Below, piece by piece: positions 49,215 through 57,940 of a stretch of DNA of 64,000 bases. The stretch lies in the IMG/VR virus record IMGVR_UViG_3300037400_001617. One strand, written 5' to 3'. The number at the start of each line of letters is the position of its first letter. Position 1 is the stretch's first letter. Made by a program: the position numbers and the translations under genes. The stretch comes from a virus (taxonomy: Duplodnaviria; Caudoviricetes). Under the pieces are notes generated by a model. The model was not told where the DNA came from. It saw nothing but the letters and a program-made list of their open reading frames with translations, and searched no databases.

Positions 49215-50810
49215 ATGTCAACAGCAAGAATTTACTGCGGTGCTTCTGAAGAGATTATACGATCTTCTATCACAAGTGATGTAGATACTCTTACAATATA
49301 TGGTGCTGGTTCAAACTACACACTGACTAAAGAGTTTGTTGACGTAGTATTATCTCTTGATGCTACTATAACAACTTATAATCTTGAAGAGATACATGCT
49401 ATCGGAAAGGAAGCTTTTCGATACGTTAAGAACACAGATGGTTCTTCAATCGCTATCAATGCTGACGATACATTAGAAGTGATAGAGCCATTTGCATTTG
49501 GACAATCGAATGTCCTGAGAAGTATAACTCTTCCCAAATCTCTTAAGAGAATAGAGAACTGTGCGTTCTTCGATTCGGCTATAACTACAGTCAAAATCGA
49601 ACACGAAGACAACGTAGCAGCCTTAGAGTACATAGGCATGTCAGCATTCCAAGACTGTACTAGTTTAACTCAATTCGGTAGAGATGGAGCAGAATCGCAG
49701 GGTTACTTTACAGAAGGTCTTAAGGTTATTGATGCGTACGCATTTGCTAGATGCTCAGCATTGACTATAACCTTCCATGCTCCTGCTAGTCTTGAAACTA
49801 TAGGAGCATACGCATTTGCGTGGTCTGGTATAAGCGGATTCGCTCTACAAGAAGGTTTAAACAAGAGGTCAGGTACTTTACCATCGAATGCTGAATTGGA
49901 AGCTCCAGCCAAAATCACACTGTGCTCAAAGCGCCAATTCAGGTACTTTCATGTCGACGTTTCTAACGAAGTTAACAGAATTGAGCTTCCAGAAGAGTTC
50001 GTTACTTGTGTAAATGATGATCAGTTTATGGTATTCAAAAACGGTCGTCTTATACCACATGGTAACGTTATGTCGAGACCTGTAGATGGAACTCCTCTGT
50101 TCAAATATGAGATCTATATAGATACTCCTAATGCTCAGCCAGGTGACGTACTCGATATATTCTATATACCAGAGATACTTACTTCCATCAATAGCTCCGT
50201 AGAGAACTTCTCTCAGTATAAACCTCCAGAGTCTGAGATAGAGGGACTTATAGAGGACTACTCTTTACTCCAACCATATAACTTCCTCCCTGCAGATCAG
50301 AAGGGGTTCATTAAACTCAGCACTCCTCTATACAACTTCAGCAACAAAGACTCTATGTTCATATTCGTCAATGGTAAGAAAGTAGATATAGATCATATAT
50401 ATGATGTGTCTACTGCTACTATGAGGATAACTCAGTTCCTTCAGCCTCTCGACATACTCAACAACGATGAGTCTAAGCATTACCCAATACAACTCCTCAA
50501 CTTCCAAGACAATCATAGAATCAATTCATTCGTATTCTCCAAAGACGGTTTATCACATTCACCAGACCAAGTAAACATTGTACCATTCGAATGCTTGGAA
50601 TCTTACAACAAACTGTCCATTCTTGATAGAATGCTTTACAATCTCCCAATAGATAAACTTGAAGTTCTCTTCCCAATCGAAACAACCGATATGGATGAAG
50701 ATGACTTCATAGGCGTAAAGTATCCTAGAGACACTGTTATAGTACAGAGACTATACAATATCAACAAGGAATCTGGAGACGACGAATGGTGGAGATACAT
50801 TAACAGTTAA
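49215..50810 (+). CDS. BspA-type LRR domain fused to a virion structural domain
   Basis: LPKSLKRIENCAF, LEYIGMSAFQDCTSL, LKVIDAYAF and LETIGAYAF repeats; then FMVFKNGRL and FIFVNGKKV. Confidence 0.75.
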   Translation: MSTARIYCGASEEIIRSSITSDVDTLTIYGAGSNYTLTKEFVDVVLSLDATITTYNLEEIHAIGKEAFRYVKNTDGSSIAINADDTLEVIEPFAFGQSNVLRSITLPKSLKRIENCAFFDSAITTVKIEHEDNVAALEYIGMSAFQDCTSLTQFGRDGAESQGYFTEGLKVIDAYAFARCSALTITFHAPASLETIGAYAFAWSGISGFALQEGLNKRSGTLPSNAELEAPAKITLCSKRQFRYFHVDVSNEVNRIELPEEFVTCVNDDQFMVFKNGRLIPHGNVMSRPVDGTPLFKYEIYIDTPNAQPGDVLDIFYIPEILTSINSSVENFSQYKPPESEIEGLIEDYSLLQPYNFLPADQKGFIKLSTPLYNFSNKDSMFIFVNGKKVDIDHIYDVSTATMRITQFLQPLDILNNDESKHYPIQLLNFQDNHRINSFVFSKDGLSHSPDQVNIVPFECLESYNKLSILDRMLYNLPIDKLEVLFPIETTDMDEDDFIGVKYPRDTVIVQRLYNINKESGDDEWWRYINS

Positions 50811-50892
50811 TGATAGTGGGTGGAGCAATCCACCCACCATTCTATGACACTGAACTATACTATAATCTATGAAAGGAGATGAAAAGTGTCAA

Positions 50893-51693
50893 ATGACTAC
50901 TACAACACCAAATGAAATTGCTAATGAAGCAACTTCGGCAGAGTCTGTCGAAAAGTATGCTGAGTTGATAAATAAATACGGTGCGTTGGTTGTTATAGCT
51001 GCAGTGTTCTTGGTTATAGTTCTTGCGGTTATGGTAATCATGCTAAAGTCTTATTTAAAAACTCAGAGTCTAATTCAATCTCAGAACCAAACAATGTTTG
51101 AGGCAATTCTTGACAACATAGCAAGCTCCAAAGAAGAGAAAACCAAAGATAAGGAAGAGCATAAAGAGCTCGTAGATACATTCATACGAATGTCTGTCCC
51201 TATCAGATCTACATTGGAAATTCTAGCAGACCGATTGAATGCAGACAGGACGTCAGTGTACGTATTCCATAATGGTACAAACACTACTCACGGTCTTCCA
51301 TTCATAAAGATATCATGTCTGACAGAAGTCATGAAACGGGGAACATTAGTCGCAAGAAAAGTCGTACACCATCAAGGACTGCCTTTAGCATCATTTGACA
51401 AGAGCATAAGCTATCTCGTATCCAATCAGGTTGGATATATTCTTGACAATGACGCGGATGATAGATTCCCAGACATCAAGAATATACTCAACACGGCTGG
51501 AGTGATGGCTGCAGGATTTCTTGCTTTGTATGACGACGATAATAATATGCTCGGAATCATTGTATCAGAATTTGCGGATAGGAAAACAGAAGAGGAGATG
51601 GAAACTGCAATCGATATGATGAAAGAAGAGTCACTCAAGATCATACCCGTACTTGATTATGCAGACTATCAGTTAAAGAAGGAAGAGGAATAA
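50893..51693 (+). CDS. Single-TM + GAF-like protein; holin-like (T4 T architecture)
   Basis: TM segment ALVVIAAVFLVIVLAVMVIML; LNADRTSVYVFHNG and ALYDDDNNMLGIIV GAF-like motifs; AACTatactaTA at 50853-50864. Confidence 0.6.
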   Translation: MTTTTPNEIANEATSAESVEKYAELINKYGALVVIAAVFLVIVLAVMVIMLKSYLKTQSLIQSQNQTMFEAILDNIASSKEEKTKDKEEHKELVDTFIRMSVPIRSTLEILADRLNADRTSVYVFHNGTNTTHGLPFIKISCLTEVMKRGTLVARKVVHHQGLPLASFDKSISYLVSNQVGYILDNDADDRFPDIKNILNTAGVMAAGFLALYDDDNNMLGIIVSEFADRKTEEEMETAIDMMKEESLKIIPVLDYADYQLKKEEE

Positions 51694-51813
51694 CTTCAGA
51701 GGTCCCCTACCGTGATGGTAGGGGACTTTCTACGTCCAAATCTTACCAATAACTATATATTATTGTCATGTATCCTTGAGAACCACAACCACTTTGAAAG
51801 GAGAATGATAATA

Positions 51814-52515
51814 ATGGGTACAAGAAATAACGGAAGGATAGTAGCAGCATTCTTTATGGCAGTCTGCATGACTGTAATATCTCTGCTGATCATCTTTGGT
51901 AGAGAAGAAAAGACTGTGCCGATGAGCAATAACGTTACTACAACTTCCACAACAGAGTGTAGAACATCGACGACAACAACCACAACAATGAAGAAGAGTA
52001 CTACTAGTAAATCTACTTCAACCACAACGACAACCACAAAGACCACAACTACGGAATCTACAACTGAACCTGTAGAGACAGAGCCTCAGAATGATCAAAT
52101 CATCGGAGGCGATGGAACCGTTACCGTTAACGGATGGATTTTCAATAGTCCTATCGATGCACAGTATCTCTATGATCGCTGTGCTGATTATGGAATCGAT
52201 CCTGCTGTCATGTATGGAGTAATGATGGCAGAGTCAACAATGGGTACCGCATGCACTAACTTATGTGGTATCACAGATGTAGCTGCTCAAAGCTACAATG
52301 AAGCTACTGGTAATGGATACTGGAACTGGGAGTCCGATCCTTATCAGAACTTAGAGATCAGTTTATATTGTCTGAATGGAGCCTATGGATACTATGGTAA
52401 TGGCTCTACTTACGATGCACTGGCAGGATATAACACAGGATACTGGGGTCACATTGCAGGTACATACAGCCCGTATGCTGAAACTGTAATGGGTTATGCC
52501 AACTCAGTGTATTAA
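51814..52515 (+). CDS. Membrane-anchored lytic transglycosylase (SLT-like) with a Thr-rich stalk
   Basis: N-terminal TM; poly-Thr linker; YGIDP...MMAES, DPYQN and ALAGYNTG; TATATTAT at 51756-51763. Confidence 0.8.
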   Translation: MGTRNNGRIVAAFFMAVCMTVISLLIIFGREEKTVPMSNNVTTTSTTECRTSTTTTTTMKKSTTSKSTSTTTTTTKTTTTESTTEPVETEPQNDQIIGGDGTVTVNGWIFNSPIDAQYLYDRCADYGIDPAVMYGVMMAESTMGTACTNLCGITDVAAQSYNEATGNGYWNWESDPYQNLEISLYCLNGAYGYYGNGSTYDALAGYNTGYWGHIAGTYSPYAETVMGYANSVY

Positions 52516-52571
52516 ATAGAGAAACCACAAGCCACAAACCTAGGTTCTCAGAATACAAGCAACATGACAAG

Positions 52572-52607
52572 TCCGAGGAGAGTGGTTCTCTCCTCGGATT
52601 CTTTTTT
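52572..52607 (+). terminator. Intrinsic terminator
   Basis: TCCGAGGAGAG/CTCTCCTCGGA followed by TTCTTTTTT. Confidence 0.8.
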
Positions 52608-52664
52608 GTCAGTAGAAACCCCCAGAGCAATTCTGCTCTGGGGATCTGAGTGCTGTGTATGCGA

Positions 52665-52883
52665 TTACGGATTATCAGGATCAACGTTAGAACCGTTACC
52701 GTCGTTGCCGTCCTTAGGAACATAGGCAAGAATCACTGTATCACTCCAGAGAGCTTCTACAACGACATTTGAACCCTGCTCCTTCTCGATCTCAACGATT
52801 GCATCGTTGATGTTCTCGGTAGCTACTTCAGGCTTGTCTGCAATTCTGACAACCTTAACAGCCTTATTCTTAGGAGTTGCCAT
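52665..52883 (-). CDS. Small late protein
   Basis: SD GAGGT; AACAtatgagTA at 52971-52982. Confidence 0.7.
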   Translation of the reverse strand: MATPKNKAVKVVRIADKPEVATENINDAIVEIEKEQGSNVVVEALWSDTVILAYVPKDGNDGNGSNVDPDNP

Positions 52884-53029
52884 AGTCGATTACCTCGCTT
52901 TCTTGATAGATTAGAGCATATATTTATACTCATCAAAAGGAGAATTTTGATAATAGCACCGCTGCTATTTTACTCATATGTTAACAAAAAAGAAGGGATG
53001 AGACGCTCATCCCTTCTAATGATAGTGTA

Positions 53030-54583
53030 TTACGCAACCTTTGGCTCAAGATCAAGACAAGACTGAATGTCGTCAAGATCCTCTTCTGTATATGAATCCA
53101 TAGAAAGGTTAACGAAGCTGTTGAGACAGATGAGATTGTTGGTCTGAAGAGATACATTAGTCTCAAACAGACCAGTGTTTCTGGAGATCTGACCAACGTA
53201 ACGTGGATTGAATACTTCCATACAAGCCTTGAGGAACTCCTGATTGATGATGTACATGCAGTTCAGAGTATCACCATCAAAGTCTGCATTAAGACCAGAG
53301 AGAATCTCAAGTGGCAGTGACATTGCATAAGAGTCAAAGTGAATACCAACAACCTGCATCTGAAGAACTGACAGAGACCAGATAGATGGATTACGATTGA
53401 TAAGTACACCGACATACTCGGAGTTGACTATATTCATCATAATGTCATAGATCTCTTTAGACGGATTGATAGTTGCCATGAACCACTTCTGATATGCAAT
53501 GTGACGAGGCATTGTCTTTGAGAGAATATTGACTATTCTGAACTCAAGAAGCTCTACCATAGATGCATATGGGAGTATTACCTGATCTATCTCAAGATCA
53601 CTGTTCGGCACGATTACTGATCTCGCACAGAAGTTATATCTGCCTCCTATAGTAGAACGTACCAGTCCCTTCTTATGAGAAAGCTGCTTCTCAAGGTCTG
53701 TATAGATATCCATCCACTTAGACTGCATTCTATACAGAATCTGTTTAGCAGGTTTACCAGTACGTCTAGAGACAAGCTGGTTACGATTGACTCTTGTAGC
53801 CTGAGCCGCAAGAATATTATACAGTGAGTTATTACCATCAAAGTTGAACTGACTGTCGTCAAGGTTGAATGGTCTTAACTGTGTAGTATAGACTGGAATG
53901 GAGTGGGTGAACACGATGTTCTTATACTCCATGATGTGGTCATAGTAATCCATCTTCTCTGGCTTCTTGGCATGCTTGTTCTTATAGAACTCCATGATCT
54001 CGTCAAAACGATCACGGAATGCAAGTATACCAATTCCAACGAATGGACTACTCTTACTAGGTTTCACCTCGATAGGTTTACCGTCTACATCTATCTTATC
54101 ATCATTATCGATGATTGCATCGAACTCTTTGGCTCCGATAAATGCAGAGATAGACTTGAACAGGTTGGGATGAATCAGACAATACTTTTCGTCTATACAT
54201 ATCCATCCAAACTTCTCAAAGTCATCACCCATGTAGTCTACTGGAGTATGACAATACTCACAGATCTGTCCATAGTGTAATCTACCATTAAGATGATTGC
54301 ACTTACATCTGTAGCGATTAGAGTATGCATCCTGATCATTCAGAGTGGGACCGAAGAATGTCGAGAAGATACTTTTGTCGCTCTTAAGGTCTTTCTTGAT
54401 GTCCTGACGCTTCTCGATGATCATACCCTTACCTCTCATAAGGTCAGCTTCTCTTTCCTTATCGAGGTCTATGATTTCGAGAGACGTCTCATATACGTAT
54501 TGCTGTTGTGTTTTGGGGTCTGATGATACGGGTGTTATTGAAAGGGTTGTTCTCCTTTCACGTCTGTCGTAGTCGCTTAACAT
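53030..54583 (-). CDS. rpoC: Second RNA polymerase beta'-like subunit, N/middle part with catalytic site
   Basis: SIFSTFFGP, CKC..CEYC zinc ribbon, IPV...LRP, GGRYNFCARSVI, NRNPS and NADFDGD; AACGattctaTA at 54609-54620. Confidence 0.92.
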   Translation of the reverse strand: MLSDYDRRERRTTLSITPVSSDPKTQQQYVYETSLEIIDLDKEREADLMRGKGMIIEKRQDIKKDLKSDKSIFSTFFGPTLNDQDAYSNRYRCKCNHLNGRLHYGQICEYCHTPVDYMGDDFEKFGWICIDEKYCLIHPNLFKSISAFIGAKEFDAIIDNDDKIDVDGKPIEVKPSKSSPFVGIGILAFRDRFDEIMEFYKNKHAKKPEKMDYYDHIMEYKNIVFTHSIPVYTTQLRPFNLDDSQFNFDGNNSLYNILAAQATRVNRNQLVSRRTGKPAKQILYRMQSKWMDIYTDLEKQLSHKKGLVRSTIGGRYNFCARSVIVPNSDLEIDQVILPYASMVELLEFRIVNILSKTMPRHIAYQKWFMATINPSKEIYDIMMNIVNSEYVGVLINRNPSIWSLSVLQMQVVGIHFDSYAMSLPLEILSGLNADFDGDTLNCMYIINQEFLKACMEVFNPRYVGQISRNTGLFETNVSLQTNNLICLNSFVNLSMDSYTEEDLDDIQSCLDLEPKVA

Positions 54584-54637
54584 GGCTAGATTCCTCCTTG
54601 TGTTATATTATAGAATCGTTACAGGTCCTATAACTTT

Positions 54638-55156
54638 CTACTCGAAGATCTCGCTAACGGTCTGAATACCATCATTGAACTCTTCGAAGAATCTGTATTG
54701 CTTCTTTACTGAGATTTCATATGAGTTCACTACGATCTCTGGGTCGGGAACGAAGTACTCTCCATACTTCTCAAGTATTCCGCATCTGCGAACGATTGTG
54801 TTTAATTTCTTCAGCGTCATATTCTCATCGAATTCGATATCCTCGTTCGCTGTGATATCGATACCTTCTATTGAGGAGCCGTCTGATAGTTTACCGAACT
54901 CTGTTTTGATTTCGAATGTAAACTTACCTTCGCTGTCTTGTTCGGCAATAACTTTGATACTGTTGATAACAATCACCTTAGACTTTACTATCTCTGGTGG
55001 TTTGTCTTCTTCTTTGTTAGTGATAGGTGGTTTATAGTTAGAGAGAATCCTATCTCTCGTAGCCTGGTCTACCGAACTTAGAAGAACATATCCCTGCTGT
55101 TTCTGTTTAGGAATGTTCTCTTCATCGTTATCTGTTATCAGTTCGACTTTCGCCAT
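54638..55156 (-). CDS. Hypothetical protein
   Basis: SD AAGGAGGT. Confidence 0.7.
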   Translation of the reverse strand: MAKVELITDNDEENIPKQKQQGYVLLSSVDQATRDRILSNYKPPITNKEEDKPPEIVKSKVIVINSIKVIAEQDSEGKFTFEIKTEFGKLSDGSSIEGIDITANEDIEFDENMTLKKLNTIVRRCGILEKYGEYFVPDPEIVVNSYEISVKKQYRFFEEFNDGIQTVSEIFE

Positions 55157-55250
55157 AATTGTACCTCCTTACGGTTCTATAGTATGTAAGTCTAACCATT
55201 ATTGACTGGTTGAACAATTAAGTAATGAATTCAATGCAAGGAGGTCTATT

Positions 55251-56465
55251 ATGGCTACTAAACGTGTTGCTAAAGAGATCACTAACAAAGAAGATCTCGA
55301 CGAGATACTGAATCTGAGTGATCATGACTGTCTGAAGTTATCTGTAGCGATGGAGTACTTCGGAGAGTTCAATGGTAAAGTAAGATTCCACCCGTATGAT
55401 TGGTTCAAAGTTCCGAAGGGAACTTTCCATAATAACAAGAACGTGTTTACTACTACTCTTGGTGCTTGGCTCTTCAATAAGGGCTGTCTCTCATGGAGCG
55501 GAGTGTTCGAAGAAACTGGATATATCAATGTACCAGTTACCAAGAAGGTTGTCAAGGGTATTCTCACAAAGCTCTCTTATGCTATACTGGAGGAGAGACT
55601 TACTGTTCCTCAGTATAAGAGAATGATCGATGCTATGCAGAAGATGATGCCATACAGCACTGTCATCTGTCCTACTACATCAGAGGCTATGCTTACTATC
55701 GGTAAAACTATAGAACCCAAGAAGAAAGAGCTCTTCAAGAAGTACGAGAAAGAACTCGCTGCTGGAGATGCTCTTACTATGAACAAGATCGAGAAGGAAC
55801 TTCTCGACTACTGTAAAGAGAAGCTTGATGGAGATCCTTGTATGGATGGTATCAACTCTGGTGCTGGAGCAGACTGGGGAAACAACTTCAAGAACATGTA
55901 TGTCATCAAGGGAGCTCAGAAAGATCCAGATCCTACAAAGGGATACAATCTTATCACTTCTAACTACATGGAAGGTGTAAGTAAAGAAGACTACTCTGCT
56001 ATGGCTAACTCTCTTGCTGCAGGTCCTTATGCCCGTGCAAAGAATACTGCTTCTGGAGGCTACTCTGAGAAGCTCTTCTTGGGTGCAACCCAGCACGTCG
56101 TACTTGACGAGAAGGGCTCAGATTGCGGAACCACGAGGACTATTCAGATAACCCTCGATAATACGCGTATGAGAATGATGATGTACTCATACATCGTAGA
56201 GGGGAGCAAACTGGTTCGACTCGATAGTACAAACATGGAGAAGTATAGAGGTAAGACTGTAAAGATGAGATTCGCTTCTATGTGTAAGGGTAAGAAGATC
56301 TGTAACAAGTGTGCTGGAGATCTCTTCTACTTACTGGGAGTAAAGAATGTCGGTACAGCATCACCTCAGCTTGCATCATGCGTAAAGCTGATATCAATGA
56401 AGGCTTTCCATGACTCTACAGATAAATACATCAAGATGGACCCAGGTGAAGCATTCGGAACATAA
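55251..56465 (+). CDS. rpoC: RNA polymerase beta'-like subunit, C-terminal part
   Basis: TTLG, INSGA, SNYMEG, bridge helix TASGGYSEK, DCGT, C..ICNKCAG and trigger loop MKAFH; AACAattaagTA at 55213-55224. Confidence 0.9.
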   Translation: MATKRVAKEITNKEDLDEILNLSDHDCLKLSVAMEYFGEFNGKVRFHPYDWFKVPKGTFHNNKNVFTTTLGAWLFNKGCLSWSGVFEETGYINVPVTKKVVKGILTKLSYAILEERLTVPQYKRMIDAMQKMMPYSTVICPTTSEAMLTIGKTIEPKKKELFKKYEKELAAGDALTMNKIEKELLDYCKEKLDGDPCMDGINSGAGADWGNNFKNMYVIKGAQKDPDPTKGYNLITSNYMEGVSKEDYSAMANSLAAGPYARAKNTASGGYSEKLFLGATQHVVLDEKGSDCGTTRTIQITLDNTRMRMMMYSYIVEGSKLVRLDSTNMEKYRGKTVKMRFASMCKGKKICNKCAGDLFYLLGVKNVGTASPQLASCVKLISMKAFHDSTDKYIKMDPGEAFGT

Positions 56466-56563
56466 GATAATGTCGGTGGGAGCAATCCCACCGACTGTTA
56501 TATATTATTAAGATGTGGAACACCAACCACATCTATATTTTATATCCGAAAGGGAACGATATC

Positions 56564-56839
56564 ATGATGACTATTGAAGATTTTAGAGAACAGAATCCAA
56601 ACAGCTGCGGAAACTTATGTTGGAATTGCAGATATAACTGCGATCACTGGGATAGAAGACATAATGGTGCACGTTGCCTCTCTTTTGAGAGAAGTCCTAA
56701 TCTATCTACAAGTGAACAAAGAGCTTATTTGATGAAGGCACTTAGAGAAGAATATGAAGCTAGCAAGAATAATGCAACTAACTACTTCTACAAGGCCTAT
56801 AGAAGTCTTTACTTCAATGAAGAGGAGACTCTCGTATGA
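56564..56839 (+). CDS. Small Cys-rich early protein
   Basis: CGNLCWNCRYNC; TATATTAT at 56501-56508. Confidence 0.6.
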   Translation: MMTIEDFREQNPNSCGNLCWNCRYNCDHWDRRHNGARCLSFERSPNLSTSEQRAYLMKALREEYEASKNNATNYFYKAYRSLYFNEEETLV

Positions 56840-56881
56840 GAGTCCCCTGTTTCTCTCTTCCACCACATCTTTATTTCTTTT

Positions 56882-57928
56882 TTAGAAGTACAGGTAGTAG
56901 GAGATTTCAATTCCCTTAGAAGTATCAGAGAGGGATTCGTTAGGGAAGTTGAACTTAGTGAATGGTCTGATGTCCTGATAGAACTTCTTGTAGTCTGCGT
57001 CTCCTGCAGAGTCCTTACCGAGGTATGGTACTGCTGTACAGAGTGAGATAGTGTTAATTCTTGCAGAGCTCATAGCATCAAGGTTCTTGAAGTATTCTCT
57101 ACAGTCTGATGCAGAGATAGTCATATGAAGCTCTACTACTACATCAGCATCAGAGATCTTATCGCTTCTGAAGATATCTGTAGCAGAATCAATGATACCA
57201 GAACCGTCTGCCCATCTATAATGGATGATAGGATTGGTATCGAATGTCTTGAAGAAGTATGATATCATCTGGTTAGGTGCTGTACCAGTCGTACAACGAC
57301 CAAAGTAGATTCCTCTATCTGTAACACCAAGGTCACTGTTAGCAGCCTTAACCTTAAATGGTACAAGACAGTTATTTACAGCCTCATCATTGATCATACC
57401 AGGATCATCAATGATAGAGAAGTTTGTGTATCCATATGGAGCGATCCACTTAGTGTTAGACACTCTGAATACTCTGGAGTTGTCTATACCACATCCGTCG
57501 AAGCCGACAGCAAAGAGACAGATTCTCTTGGTAAAGTATTCGTACACTGTCTTAAGTGCAGCCGATGCAGTACTATATGCTGTACCAGAATCACTATTAC
57601 CGAATACATTAAGAGGGTTAGTATTGTCTGACGAACCCATAAGTCTCTTATCGTTAGGCTGATCGAACTGAGTATGATAAGTACTGAAAGCTTCATCATA
57701 GCTCTTTATACCAGCAAACTGTTCATCATATGATGTAGCATCGAATGTAGGATCGAAGAGTATAGCTTTCTTAGCGTTAATCTCTGATCCTGAGATGAGT
57801 ACTTTGTTTGATCCTCTGAAAAGGACCTTACCAGTACCAGTCTCTTTAAGTACGATATCTGTACCTTTGATTGTAGCAGCATCTGATGCTCTGTGTTCAG
57901 AGTCAAATGCGTGTATCTGTTTGTTCAT
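56882..57928 (-). CDS. Baseplate/tail structural protein
   Basis: NKVL.SG, FAVG.DG, INTISL and C-terminal ISYYLYF are typical of fibre-attachment baseplate proteins. Confidence 0.6.
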   Translation of the reverse strand: MNKQIHAFDSEHRASDAATIKGTDIVLKETGTGKVLFRGSNKVLISGSEINAKKAILFDPTFDATSYDEQFAGIKSYDEAFSTYHTQFDQPNDKRLMGSSDNTNPLNVFGNSDSGTAYSTASAALKTVYEYFTKRICLFAVGFDGCGIDNSRVFRVSNTKWIAPYGYTNFSIIDDPGMINDEAVNNCLVPFKVKAANSDLGVTDRGIYFGRCTTGTAPNQMISYFFKTFDTNPIIHYRWADGSGIIDSATDIFRSDKISDADVVVELHMTISASDCREYFKNLDAMSSARINTISLCTAVPYLGKDSAGDADYKKFYQDIRPFTKFNFPNESLSDTSKGIEISYYLYF

Positions 57929-57940
57929 TAATATACCTCC

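Noticed and set aside
51935-52070. ACN-rich tandem repeat
   Set aside because: It is the coding Thr-rich linker of the transglycosylase.
16607-56465. Introns or inteins in the terminase or RNAP genes
   Set aside because: Motifs run contiguously in single ORFs; no intein-like termini or large insertions seen.
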